A stretch of DNA of 64,000 bases, from NCBI GenBank assembly GCA_964631415.1, contig CAZVZC010000005.1:18084-82083 (forward strand), given 5' to 3'. Positions 39,063 to 49,031 of this stretch are shown one piece after another (the first letter of the stretch is position 1; each line of letters opens with the position of its first letter). Under the pieces are notes generated by a model. That model did no database searches. It was not told the origin of the DNA and saw nothing but the letters and a program-made list of their open reading frames with translations. The DNA comes from an uncultured archaeon. Its GTDB lineage: Archaea; Asgardarchaeota; Thorarchaeia; Thorarchaeales; Thorarchaeaceae. A program made the position numbers and the translations under genes.

Positions 39063-40859
39063 TCAGCCCCGGTACACAAAGGGATGACCGTTTTTCCATA
39101 GCCGTTCCCCTATGAACATAGTAGTGTCCATACCGGACCCGCCAATTTCGTTCTCAAGTTCATGAAGCAGCCTCTCATAGGCGGGCATATGACTTTGAAT
39201 GCTTTGTTCCCGGGAATGAATCACAAATGCTCCATCCTCCCCCCACTTCGGGATTCTAGGCTTAGGCAGCTGACTTGACAAGACCGTATTCAGCCCCACG
39301 AATCTCAGTAGGCCATCAATAACCTGTCTTCTCACTTCAACAACCTCTTTGAGTCGTCGTGTAGCTTCTCCTGGTGTGGGCCGCTCCATAGTGACTATGA
39401 GGTCCATAAGTGCAACACTCGACTTGTCAATGCCGTGATCCGATGTCCAGCGAGAAATGAGGCTTGATGCAGAGTCACTATGGCACGTCTGCATCGTATG
39501 AAGACCAGCCGCAATTGCCTGAAACAAAGCACGACTGTGTTCTGCAGTCTGAATCTCGCCAAGAACAAGATAGTCAGGTGATCTGTGAAGGCTCTTGACA
39601 ATCTCCTTGCTCTTGTCAAATCCGGGCTCGTTCTCGTCTACTGGATCGACCCTGATTCTTACTTGGTGATAGCCTTTGATGGCCCTACTCTCGACGGCAT
39701 CTTCAATGTAGACTTTTCTCCAGCTTCGTGGCGTGGTCATGTCCAGAGCATTCAGAAGAGTAGTCTTCCCGGACCCCGGACCACCTGTTATCGTAATGTT
39801 GAACCTAGCAGACACAGCAAGCAACAGTATCGCTGCAGCCTCCATACTCAGTGTGCCGTTGCGAACCAAGTCTGCTACCGAATATGGGCTCCTACGGGCC
39901 CTGCGCATCTCAAGGTGCAGTCCATCTGGACTCAAAGGTGGTAGGCTCAGAGAGAGCCGCAGGGCCGCATCACAGACCGACATCTCTGTCTTGAGTGAGG
40001 GGTTTCTCCGGTCGAGATGGAAATTGCTCTCAGCCCTTACCAGTGTGACGATACGATCAACATCATCTTCGTTGAGGGTCGTTGTCGAACAACACCTTCC
40101 CAAACGCCGATGGTCAAAGTAAATCTGACTCTCCGGCCGGTCTAGGTAAACTTCCTCTACCTCGTCATCCAGCAGAATCGGAAGGAAGCATCGGAGGGCT
40201 GTTGATCGATGTGCTATGATCTCTGCGATTCTAGTCCTAGTGATAGTGCCTACCTCTGGCAGTGAGTGCGAGATTCTCGCTGCAACGATTCCGGAAATTC
40301 GTGTAAGTCTGGTGTTGATGCTCTCCCTGGACAGAAACGGTGTATTATCAAACAGACTCCTGTCGGCACCCAATTCATTCAGTAACGTCATTTCAAGGCG
40401 AGTTCTAACAAGTGGGACCGCTTGGTGAAGCAGACCTGAACTGGATCTACACTCACGAAAGACTGACAGGTAGGGCCCAACAAGATATGCTTCAGATACC
40501 AGCTGAATCGTGTCAAAGAAACCTTGGTCCTCAATGTAGACTGATTCCCAGCCCTCCGATTGCCAAGGTGGCTCGTTGAGCAGTCTTCCATCGTGTCCTC
40601 CAAGATGAACTAGGCTCTTCTCAGGTTCGACGACCAAGACCTTGGCTCTCCGGCCATCATCAGAACTGTTCAAGGCTAGCTGTCTGCATGGCCCAGGCTC
40701 TGCATAATCACATTCTGTGCACCGTGCCTTGGGGCATACGACAACAGTAACCAAGTGTTTTACCACATGGATCCAACTCCATAGCATCGGATGTGAATCG
40801 AATCCGCAAGCCTGAAGCTGCAAACAGCAACCGTTTGTTTCGTCAAGCGGCAGATACAA
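39063..40859 (-). CDS. TadA/CpaF/VirB11-family secretion ATPase
   Basis: GGPGSGKTTLLNAL, IEDAVE Asp box, SLHRSPDYLVLGEI, QTCHSDS His box. Confidence 0.9.
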   Translation of the reverse strand: MYLPLDETNGCCLQLQACGFDSHPMLWSWIHVVKHLVTVVVCPKARCTECDYAEPGPCRQLALNSSDDGRRAKVLVVEPEKSLVHLGGHDGRLLNEPPWQSEGWESVYIEDQGFFDTIQLVSEAYLVGPYLSVFRECRSSSGLLHQAVPLVRTRLEMTLLNELGADRSLFDNTPFLSRESINTRLTRISGIVAARISHSLPEVGTITRTRIAEIIAHRSTALRCFLPILLDDEVEEVYLDRPESQIYFDHRRLGRCCSTTTLNEDDVDRIVTLVRAESNFHLDRRNPSLKTEMSVCDAALRLSLSLPPLSPDGLHLEMRRARRSPYSVADLVRNGTLSMEAAAILLLAVSARFNITITGGPGSGKTTLLNALDMTTPRSWRKVYIEDAVESRAIKGYHQVRIRVDPVDENEPGFDKSKEIVKSLHRSPDYLVLGEIQTAEHSRALFQAIAAGLHTMQTCHSDSASSLISRWTSDHGIDKSSVALMDLIVTMERPTPGEATRRLKEVVEVRRQVIDGLLRFVGLNTVLSSQLPKPRIPKWGEDGAFVIHSREQSIQSHMPAYERLLHELENEIGGSGMDTTMFIGERLWKNGHPFVYRG

Positions 40860-40956
40860 ACTAAGCTGCCGGCCTCACCGATTTAAGGCCCCTCAGGTGA
40901 TAATCCGAAAGGAGGCATCTTCAGGTGGTACCTGCTCTGGTGTCATGAAACAAGGC

Positions 40957-42024
40957 TCAGGCAGACAATTCTGGGGCCTTCGTGGTACCTTCGTCCAAGA
41001 TTTTCTTTATCATCCCGTAGTGGTCGCGGATGCTATACTCTGCCACTTCTGTCGCGTTGGAAACCAGTTTCTGAGTCAACACAGAATGCCTCCCATGCTC
41101 AATAGCCACTATCCGGTCACTAGCATAGGCGACCGAAACAACAAATATGAACGGGTTTCGACCACCTCTCCTTGAGGCCGGTATGAGATCGAGGACTACA
41201 AACATTTTGTTCCTCATGGCGTTCTCATATTCCTTGGAATCCCATTCTCTCAACTTTGCTTTGCCAACAACCTCCGGACTATTCATGAGCATCGACAACA
41301 CCCTAGGGATGTAATCCTCGGGCTGTCTCAGATCTGGTGCATGACCTGTCACAGACTTGAGTCGCATCGCTTCGCGGACCATTGCACGCACATTCACTCT
41401 GTGCCCGCACTTCTCAAAGACATCAGCTATCTCCTCCAGAGTTATCGGAGCTTCGTCCTTGAACTCACGTACTGCCATCAGCAGACATACGGCCATTAGG
41501 AGAATGTTATTGGTGATTCTGTCTTTTGCATCTGAGATGACTTTCTTGTAGAGATACGCAGTCCGATCGCGTACCTGATCGCTCAGCATTAGTGATTTCG
41601 AAACATGATTGAGCGTTCTGAGTGCCCGGTACTTTGCCTCACTCCTCCCGATTCTTATGCGTGCACTGTACACAGTCTTCAGTCGTTTGAATCTCTTCTG
41701 CGCAAGGCCGGACAAGGCTTGACCGTGAGCATCTCGGAAATACGTGTCCTTGTGAAAGCCCATGTAGCTTCCAAGCCCGTCTACAATATGCATTCTGTTT
41801 CCCAGTGAAACATACATGGCTGCATCCGGAGTTTCGCCATGTTGTTCCTCCCCCATCTGGTAAGTTGGATGCACATATTCCCTAGAAACCACAAGTCCAC
41901 ATTCGGTGCATACTATGTGCCCCTGACTGGTCACCAGTTGCCCCGAACAGTCCGGACAGGACCATGAAGAGGTTGCGAGCTGTTCACCTGTTTCATTAAC
42001 CAAGGGCTGTACCACAGGAGACAC
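40957..42024 (-). CDS. Transcription initiation factor IIB-family paralogue
   Basis: CPDC...CTECGLV Zn ribbon, two cyclin-like repeats, TQKLVSNATEVAEYSIR HTH. Confidence 0.85.
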   Translation of the reverse strand: MSPVVQPLVNETGEQLATSSWSCPDCSGQLVTSQGHIVCTECGLVVSREYVHPTYQMGEEQHGETPDAAMYVSLGNRMHIVDGLGSYMGFHKDTYFRDAHGQALSGLAQKRFKRLKTVYSARIRIGRSEAKYRALRTLNHVSKSLMLSDQVRDRTAYLYKKVISDAKDRITNNILLMAVCLLMAVREFKDEAPITLEEIADVFEKCGHRVNVRAMVREAMRLKSVTGHAPDLRQPEDYIPRVLSMLMNSPEVVGKAKLREWDSKEYENAMRNKMFVVLDLIPASRRGGRNPFIFVVSVAYASDRIVAIEHGRHSVLTQKLVSNATEVAEYSIRDHYGMIKKILDEGTTKAPELSA

Positions 42025-42182
42025 TCATCATTCGAACCCATAACTGGATTCTAGGCGCTCCTGTTCTCTTCACAAGGCATGTATGTCTGCTCCATCGAAC
42101 ACGCATGGCTACTAAGCAGTTGTTTTCACCCTACCGAGAAAGGGGGGTTTCCGAAACTACTGCATCTTCCGACGGACGCTTC

Positions 42183-42548
42183 TCAAGTGATCATGATATA
42201 GAACGTATTAGATGCGAAAGTCTTGCTCTGTGAGGGCGTTGGCTTAGCAATCCCAAGCACAACTCTAAGGCCCCCCAAAGATCCCAGTACCTCAAGCCCT
42301 TTGTTCTCACTTCTCCGGAAGACGGTGCCCTCACCGTACAGCCTCGCCTGTTCTCCCTTAGGAATAGCCTTGGAGTCAATGACCACATCAACGTGATCCT
42401 TGACACCAAACCTACTGGAAAGCGCTTCTGGAAGTTCAATCGTCAGTGTTGCACCATCACTCTTGGACGACACCTTCAAGAGCTTGAGCCTCTTAGTGTC
42501 CGTTTCCCTGATCAGTTCGATGATGGCATCCTTGAGCCTGACACCCAT
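42183..42548 (-). CDS. rpo8: DNA-directed RNA polymerase subunit Rpo8 (RpoG/Rpb8)
   Basis: About 120-aa OB-type protein with G.V and SLGGL motifs. Confidence 0.7.
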   Translation of the reverse strand: MGVRLKDAIIELIRETDTKRLKLLKVSSKSDGATLTIELPEALSSRFGVKDHVDVVIDSKAIPKGEQARLYGEGTVFRRSENKGLEVLGSLGGLRVVLGIAKPTPSQSKTFASNTFYIMIT

Positions 42549-42671
42549 AACCCTAGCACATCCAGTAGATTGAGTCTTCGTGGTGAGCGGCCGAAGGCAT
42601 TGAATTAAACCTGTCGCTGTTCTCTTGTGCCGTTTTTTAGGCACTGCAGTGACAGTTGTTCGGTGGGCCCG

Positions 42672-45362
42672 ATGCTTCCGAAACTGCTAGCCATACTATT
42701 CCTGTCCGTGGCAATGGCATCCTACTTTGTGGCACCGGTTTCGGCGTTCTATTTTGAACTCTACTACTTCGAAACCGACAAGATGGTGTACGAGGTCGGG
42801 GAAACAATCGAGATGGTCGTCAAGGTCGCTGCTGAGTTCAGCGAAACTGGGTCATGTGACGCCTATTTCGCTGTTGTCAGAAGTAACGACTCCGTGACTG
42901 TCTTCTATGACGGCTACAGCATCCCCTCTGAGTCTGGTCTTCGCTTTCTGACTTCGCCTTACGTCATAATGCCCCGTGACATCACCCCGGGAGTCATTGG
43001 CGCGAAAATGCAGGTGGTCTTTAACATCGTCGTATATGACGAGTATACCCAAGGCAATCACACGCAAATCGAGGTTGATGTGAAAAGAGGTCACCTAACA
43101 ACGTTTCCTGAAAGCCCACTGTCGGTTGAGTTCGGGACCAACACGACAGTTCTGCTGAGGATAGCAAGTCCACACAACAACAACGTGGTTCTATCCAACG
43201 AAACCGTTTCACTCTACGTCCAGAACCCAGACGGTTTACCAGTGTTTCAAGCGGAAGCATCGACAGACTCACAAGGTCTGGTGCAGTTGAATTGGACCAA
43301 ATCCATGGGTCCACCAGGGGTATACAATCTGACTATCAATGGAGCCGGCACTGCTTCATTCCTGCCGTTTTCGGAATCGCTACAAGTCACTGTGCAACTT
43401 GGAGCATCGAGTCTGGAAGTACTGAGTGCCACGGAACAGGTCTACTGCCAATCCTCCGACTGTACTCAAACAGAGTTCGCGAAAGTCACGGTTGAACACT
43501 TCAGCACATCGCACTCTCCTATCTATGATAGCGAAGTGCAATGGAATGCATCATTTGGCTGCGGGTTCATGAACAATCTAGGGAACGGGACCTATAGTGC
43601 ACTAATCCCTTTCAGTACCGGACCCGGACTGTATACCATTGGCCTCACAGCGACAAATGCTCTTTATCAGATTGCTGCGAGGACAGTTGTCATACGAGCC
43701 AATAGCAGACCACTATTGGCGAACGTCACACTGCTCTCTGAAGTAGTATGCGGCACGCCATTCCAAGTCCGAGTGCTAATCGCGGACGGGTTGAGCGGAA
43801 CCCCAGTCGGATCACTTCCGTTCACACTCGGGGTTACAGTGGGTAACGAAAGCCTGACCATAGTAGAGGGTGCCACCAACTCCTCAGGTGCCCTGCAAAT
43901 CACAAGGTACATACCAACCACATTCTGGGGTACCGGGTTTCTATCTTTGATTATCCATAACACAAGCCGCTACAGCGATCTATCGGAAACACTACCGATT
44001 GATGTCCTATACTGTCCTAAGGTGTCGGTTCAAATAGAAACCCCGATTATGGTGAACCATGATGCAGAAGTTCGCCTGCTCCTGTTAGATCCCATTGGAT
44101 CTCCGGTCTTCGGTGCAGTAGTCGAGCTTCATACTCCCGACAATGTCACAGCGGTCATGAACACTACGAGCTATGACGGTACCACACTCCTCCGCTGGCG
44201 AGTTCCTCTAGGAACTGGCCTTGGAAACCAGACTCATTCGCTAGTGATACACAGAAACGGTGGAAGGTTCATCAGTCATACAACGAGAGACTTGGTGTTC
44301 ATGGTTCTTTGCCCACTTTTTCTTGAGCCTTTCAATGGCACACTGCAGGTCATACGGGGTCACAACGTATCTATTCGACTCACAATGGTGTCGGAAGGAC
44401 CCAAGTACCAACTAATCGACCTTATGCTCCGAAGCAATGACAGTTCATTGACAACTTCAGCTGTGGTTTCCACTGACACCTATACGGAAATCACGCTGAC
44501 GGCGAACTCAAGCATCGTTCCGGGTCCATACGTGGTCTATGCAGAAGTCCTATCCGGGCCATTTGTCATATTGAACCAGCCTCAGATCGAAGTCATTGTC
44601 ATTGGGACTCTACAAGCGAGTTTCACCATTGTTTCGGCATTCTATGCTGAAGCCCTCGTTGTCAATCCTATTGTGAGGGATGACACTGATAGCACACCAG
44701 AATCGGTATCGGCAACCTTGTATTTCATTGATTGCGGACTTCAGATCTCCTTGGATCTGGCTCTTCCTCGTATGGCATGGTCCATTTCACTGCCCCTTCA
44801 AGTGGCCCCCGGAGCTCAGAATGTCACAATCGAGATCAGCCTTCCTTGGTTTGTCGCGGCACATAGGTCTATTCTCGTATTTGTATGGATGCGGACAAGA
44901 ATGGTGATCTCAGTATCGACCTACAAACCAAACAAGACTGGTTCTGTCGTTGGGCTTGAACTGGTTCAAGTCCCTGACAGCACATCGAGTAGCTCCCCCG
45001 GTTCAATCATAAGTCCTCCACCAATCTTGTTCAATGGCACGACTTCAACCTTGTTGCCCACTGCACGAGAAACCTCTCTCACAAGCTGTCCGAGGTTGAG
45101 CTCTGGCACTAACAACCTGTCGACTGTGTCGGCAAACTGCCTCACTTCCGAATCAGGGAACGGCCATACAGTTCTAAGCCTCAAGGAACGGACCGACAAG
45201 GAACTCGTTCTGTTCACTACCACTTCTTCCACAGTTCTCGAAGTACTTCCGAAGGAAACTACCCCCCAATCCGCTGTCTGGGGCCCTGAAACAACCACAT
45301 CAGTCAGAAGGGCGCTCTCTCTCAGAATCTTGTCCGTCAGTCTCCGCACGAGCCTGTCGTGA
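42672..45362 (+). CDS. Large secreted Ig-like repeat surface protein; tail overlaps korA antisense
   Basis: Signal peptide MLPKLLAILFLSVAMA, ETDKMVYEVGETI, many sequons; no stop until 45362. Confidence 0.82.
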   Translation: MLPKLLAILFLSVAMASYFVAPVSAFYFELYYFETDKMVYEVGETIEMVVKVAAEFSETGSCDAYFAVVRSNDSVTVFYDGYSIPSESGLRFLTSPYVIMPRDITPGVIGAKMQVVFNIVVYDEYTQGNHTQIEVDVKRGHLTTFPESPLSVEFGTNTTVLLRIASPHNNNVVLSNETVSLYVQNPDGLPVFQAEASTDSQGLVQLNWTKSMGPPGVYNLTINGAGTASFLPFSESLQVTVQLGASSLEVLSATEQVYCQSSDCTQTEFAKVTVEHFSTSHSPIYDSEVQWNASFGCGFMNNLGNGTYSALIPFSTGPGLYTIGLTATNALYQIAARTVVIRANSRPLLANVTLLSEVVCGTPFQVRVLIADGLSGTPVGSLPFTLGVTVGNESLTIVEGATNSSGALQITRYIPTTFWGTGFLSLIIHNTSRYSDLSETLPIDVLYCPKVSVQIETPIMVNHDAEVRLLLLDPIGSPVFGAVVELHTPDNVTAVMNTTSYDGTTLLRWRVPLGTGLGNQTHSLVIHRNGGRFISHTTRDLVFMVLCPLFLEPFNGTLQVIRGHNVSIRLTMVSEGPKYQLIDLMLRSNDSSLTTSAVVSTDTYTEITLTANSSIVPGPYVVYAEVLSGPFVILNQPQIEVIVIGTLQASFTIVSAFYAEALVVNPIVRDDTDSTPESVSATLYFIDCGLQISLDLALPRMAWSISLPLQVAPGAQNVTIEISLPWFVAAHRSILVFVWMRTRMVISVSTYKPNKTGSVVGLELVQVPDSTSSSSPGSIISPPPILFNGTTSTLLPTARETSLTSCPRLSSGTNNLSTVSANCLTSESGNGHTVLSLKERTDKELVLFTTTSSTVLEVLPKETTPQSAVWGPETTTSVRRALSLRILSVSLRTSLS

Positions 45363-46099
45363 GTTCCCGGGTCCGAAGTCATCCTGAGCCCGTTGTTGTC
45401 GTGGGTTGAACCAGTCACGAGCAGATTGTGTCCATCACCAAACCTAGGCATTACTGCGTGCCCGCTCTCATCAATGCCGCCATACGACGGTTCTCCTGTC
45501 CGTGCGAATCTTCTCCGCACTGTCACATCTCTGTTCTTTGTGATAACAACCCTCTCTCGAGAGTGAGCCACAATCTCGTCGGACAGCAGTATCGTTGGGT
45601 GTCTCAGGCGTTCAGACAGGAAGAAGGCCTTCAGGGTCAGCTCATAGGTTTCTTCTGCTGAGCTGGGGGCAAGCACTATGCTCTCGTAGTCCCCATGAGA
45701 TCCCCATCTGGCTTGCATGACATCTCCTTGGGCTGCCTTAGTGGCTTGTCCTGTGCTCGGGCCTGCTCTCTGGACGTCTACGATGACACAAGGTGTCTCA
45801 GTCATGATGGCATAGCCAATACCTTCCTGCATCAGGCTGAAACCCGGTCCCGAGGTAGCAGTCATTGAAAGGAGTCCACCCCACGAGCTACCAATGATGG
45901 CGGAAACTGCCCCTATCTCGTCTTCCATCTGGAGGTACGTACCCCCCACTCGTGGTAACCTTTCAGCCATGATTTCGGCAATCTCAGATGCTGGTGTGAT
46001 TGGATAGCCAGCAAAGAAGCGGCAGCCCGCAGCTATGGCTGCTTCAGCACAAGCTTGGTTCCCTTGCCAGAAGTAAACCGACCCGCCTTGGCCAGACAT
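44966..46099 (-). CDS. korA: 2-oxoacid:ferredoxin oxidoreductase alpha subunit
   Basis: GYPITPASEI, QMEDEIG, TATSGPGFSLMQE, QRAGPSTG, ELNLGQL. Confidence 0.92.
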   Translation of the reverse strand: MSGQGGSVYFWQGNQACAEAAIAAGCRFFAGYPITPASEIAEIMAERLPRVGGTYLQMEDEIGAVSAIIGSSWGGLLSMTATSGPGFSLMQEGIGYAIMTETPCVIVDVQRAGPSTGQATKAAQGDVMQARWGSHGDYESIVLAPSSAEETYELTLKAFFLSERLRHPTILLSDEIVAHSRERVVITKNRDVTVRRRFARTGEPSYGGIDESGHAVMPRFGDGHNLLVTGSTHDNNGLRMTSDPGTHDRLVRRLTDKILRESALLTDVVVSGPQTADWGVVSFGSTSRTVEEVVVNRTSSLSVRSLRLRTVWPFPDSEVRQFADTVDRLLVPELNLGQLVREVSRAVGNKVEVVPLNKIGGGLMIEPGELLDVLSGT

Positions 46100-46358
46100 T
46101 CTTGGGACTCTCGATGCCTGCGTCGTTCTAGTGTTAAGATAAGACTTCTGCAATAGCTCCCCAGTCAAGTTGCCGAGAAGACTACGATGCAGTCACATCA
46201 TATGAACCGCCAGTCTTGAGAAGGATTAATCGCAATCCTAGACTTGGATACCAACCAACACCAATCGGCGTTCAGTCTTTGGTGTCATTGAAATGAAACA
46301 AGCACAGCGATTTTTGCCGATAGTCTTTTATCAAGCACACTATGTGCTGCTAGATCGA

Positions 46359-46464
46359 GCGGCCATGGTCTAGTATGGTCTAGGACGGGAGCCTCCCAAG
46401 CTTCCAACCCGAGACGGTTTCATTGACAGTGACCGCGGGAGTTCAAATCCCGGTGGCCGCACCA
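46359..46464 (+). tRNA. tRNA-Gly(CCC) with 28-nt intron at 53/54 (46414-46441), CCA encoded
   Basis: Acceptor GCGGCCA/TGGCCGC, anticodon arm GGAGC-CTCCCAA-GCTTC; CCCG/CGGG helix with AG|A and AG|U bulges. Confidence 0.9.
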
Positions 46465-46681
46465 TCTTCGTTCGCCACGCTTAAGGGGAAGTTCTACAGA
46501 CGTGATTCTTGGCGAGTGATGACTGTCATGACCCCGATGAGTCGATTAGGACGATGATATGGATCTTGAGTTAAGAGCTCGCCACTATTACTTTCGGCTA
46601 CCTCTACTGTCCGTGTGCATTTAATCGTACACCACGCACAATGCTTTTAAGTTTCCAACGCGGCGTCCCAGTCGGACTGCA

Positions 46682-47875
46682 ATGTCTCGGGACTATGTTG
46701 AGGACGAGCTAAGCCGACACAGTGTGTTCAAGTCAGAGCAATTCCTGTCTGTCGACTATGTCCCTGAAATACTTCCTCATCGCGAATTGGAGCTGAGAGC
46801 TCTAGCTCAGAGCTTCAAGACAATCATAACATCACCCGGTCGGACCAGCCAGAGATTCATCGTGGAGGGGCCTGTTGGCACTGGAAAGACAGCAGTGACT
46901 AAGAGGTTCTCGGAGCAAATGGTCCAAGCGGCCAACAGAAGAGGCATTCGGTTGCACAAACTGCATATCAACTGCCGAGTGAACAAAACTACTAACCTAA
47001 TCTACATGAAGATGCTTCGTGAGTTTAAGCCGATGTTTCCTCGTAGAGGGCACTCGCCTGCCGAAATCCTCCAAATGGTCTTAGAGGTTCTCGACTCTGA
47101 AGACGAGTATCTCCTATTGATATTGGATGAGCTTGACTATTTCATTAGACAGAGGGGCACAGACATACTCTATGACCTCACGCGACTTATGGACGACCGA
47201 CTCAATGCCCCACAAAGGATCTCAATGATTGGAGTGGGACGAAACATCTCAGTTGACGAGAGTATGTTCGATCATAGTATCCTCAGCACTCTCCAGCGCA
47301 ACATCTCACACTTCGACAAATACGACTCTGAGGCGCTGCACGACATTCTGAGAGACCGTGTCATGTTGGCATTTGAGCCGAACACGGTCATGGACGAGGC
47401 TCTCCAAGTCATATCCGACATAGCATCCGAGCGCGGCGATGCAAGGTATGCTATTGAGCTATTGTGGCGTGCAGGCAAGCAAGCCGATCGCGAGGGCTCT
47501 AAGGCAGTTTATCCAGACTACGTACGTCAGGCCAAGGCCGACACACACCCTGAGCTGAGGAAGGAGGTCTTCACCTCTCTCCCGCTACAGACCAAACTTC
47601 TCTTGCTGGCTGCAAGCAGGCATCTGAAGGAGATTCGTAGTGCCTATGCGACGATAGGAGAGGTGGAGGACATGTATCACACAGTGTGCGAAGAATATGG
47701 ACAAGAGCCAAGAGCACACACCCAAGTCTGGCAGTGGGTCCAAGACCTCAGTGCTCATGGAGTAGTCGACACAAAGCGGTCTGGACAAGGTCAGAGGGGC
47801 CAGACTACGCTCATTGGTCTTTCGGACGTTCCTGCGGACATGCTTGAACGTTTCCTTGTAGATCTGCTCAAGTGA
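46682..47875 (+). CDS. cdc6: Orc1/Cdc6 replication initiator
   Basis: YVPEILPHRE, GPVGTGKT, LILDELD, GDARYAIELL, C-terminal winged helix ending GQRGQT. Confidence 0.97.
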   Translation: MSRDYVEDELSRHSVFKSEQFLSVDYVPEILPHRELELRALAQSFKTIITSPGRTSQRFIVEGPVGTGKTAVTKRFSEQMVQAANRRGIRLHKLHINCRVNKTTNLIYMKMLREFKPMFPRRGHSPAEILQMVLEVLDSEDEYLLLILDELDYFIRQRGTDILYDLTRLMDDRLNAPQRISMIGVGRNISVDESMFDHSILSTLQRNISHFDKYDSEALHDILRDRVMLAFEPNTVMDEALQVISDIASERGDARYAIELLWRAGKQADREGSKAVYPDYVRQAKADTHPELRKEVFTSLPLQTKLLLLAASRHLKEIRSAYATIGEVEDMYHTVCEEYGQEPRAHTQVWQWVQDLSAHGVVDTKRSGQGQRGQTTLIGLSDVPADMLERFLVDLLK

Positions 47876-47899
47876 CTATAGGAGGATGCTTGAATCATT

Positions 47900-48184
47900 A
47901 TGAATCCCGCTTCTGGTCTGCGAATACCGATTGAAGATCTGTTCTCCTCAAAAGGACGCGTGAGAATCCTCAGAGAACTGGCCATGTCAGGTGAGCTGAA
48001 CATATCGGAGTTGTGCAGAAGAGCTGGACTGAACCACAGTTCAACAAAGGCTCATTTAGAGGTACTACTGCAATCCGGATTGATTGAAGAAAAGACATTC
48101 GGCAGAATCAAGATCTACCGATACCGCGTCGAAGACCTGAGAGCGCGTTCTCTGAAGAACCTGTTCGACCTGTGGTCAGCATAA
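47900..48184 (+). CDS. Small ArsR-like winged-helix protein
   Basis: FSSKGRVRIL..GELNISELCRRAGLNH..GLIEEKTFGRIKIY; commonly next to cdc6 in TACK archaea. Confidence 0.85.
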   Translation: MNPASGLRIPIEDLFSSKGRVRILRELAMSGELNISELCRRAGLNHSSTKAHLEVLLQSGLIEEKTFGRIKIYRYRVEDLRARSLKNLFDLWSA

Positions 48185-48200
48185 GAGGTCCAAGAGCAGG

Positions 48201-49031
48201 ATGACCGCCTACTTGTGCCGTCTCTTCTACCTTGGCAACAACTATCATGGTTCTCAGTGGCAACTAGGACTACGTACGGTCCAGGGTGAGCTCATAAGTG
48301 CGGCTGCAAAGTGGAGTGGGGAAGAGCATTCACCAGCCACAATCCAGTTATCAGGACGCACAGACGGAGGGGTACACAGCATAGGCCAGATAGCAATGAT
48401 AATGTCTGGGGTACCACTAGACATCAACCAGATCAACAAACACCTACCGGACGATATCACGCTCTGGGCTTATGCAGTGGCCCCGCCCGGGTTCAAGCCA
48501 CGTCATAGCGTGCTTATGCGTCACTATAGATACTACCTCGACACATCGGACATGAATCTTGACGTGCCATCAATGCAGAAGGCTGCGCAACACCTCATAG
48601 GGTCACATGATTTTGCCTTGCTTTCAAAGCCAGATGGCGACAGATCCTCTAGAGCAACACTCCTTAATGCCAGTATAACGGAATCTGAACACATGCTGAC
48701 ATTGGACACGTACGGAACTAGTTTTCTATGGAAGCTCGTGCGGAAGATAGTGTCTCTGCTCATTCACATTGGCACAGGTGAACTAGCCCCCGAAGTTGTC
48801 CCTGAAGTCCTTCAGGGCCATACAGTGATACGCAGTGGGATTAGGCCTGCCGTACCCGAATGCCTTGTACTCATCGAAGCAATCACACCGGTTCGTATGA
48901 AATGCAGCAAGCTGGCAGTGAAAAGAGTCCAGAGACAGATACACACCCAGTTGGGATTCCTTGCGAAGTCCACTAGGACCTTGTCTGCCTTGAGTGAGGA
49001 CTTTCTTTTGAAGCAATTGATGCCCTACTGA
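48201..49031 (+). CDS. truA: tRNA pseudouridine(38-40) synthase
   Basis: YLGNNYHGSQ, TVQGEL, SGRTDGGVHS, GSHDF, SFLWKLVR. Confidence 0.93.
   Translation: MTAYLCRLFYLGNNYHGSQWQLGLRTVQGELISAAAKWSGEEHSPATIQLSGRTDGGVHSIGQIAMIMSGVPLDINQINKHLPDDITLWAYAVAPPGFKPRHSVLMRHYRYYLDTSDMNLDVPSMQKAAQHLIGSHDFALLSKPDGDRSSRATLLNASITESEHMLTLDTYGTSFLWKLVRKIVSLLIHIGTGELAPEVVPEVLQGHTVIRSGIRPAVPECLVLIEAITPVRMKCSKLAVKRVQRQIHTQLGFLAKSTRTLSALSEDFLLKQLMPY

Noticed and set aside
46516-46570. Possible C/D box sRNA (GTGATGA...CCGA)
   Set aside because: No convincing C'/D boxes at proper spacing and no guide target I can verify
46465-46681. Replication origin directly upstream of cdc6
   Set aside because: No ORB with TTCCA...GGAAAC and G-string and no clear AT-rich tract; only a GTTTCCA half-site
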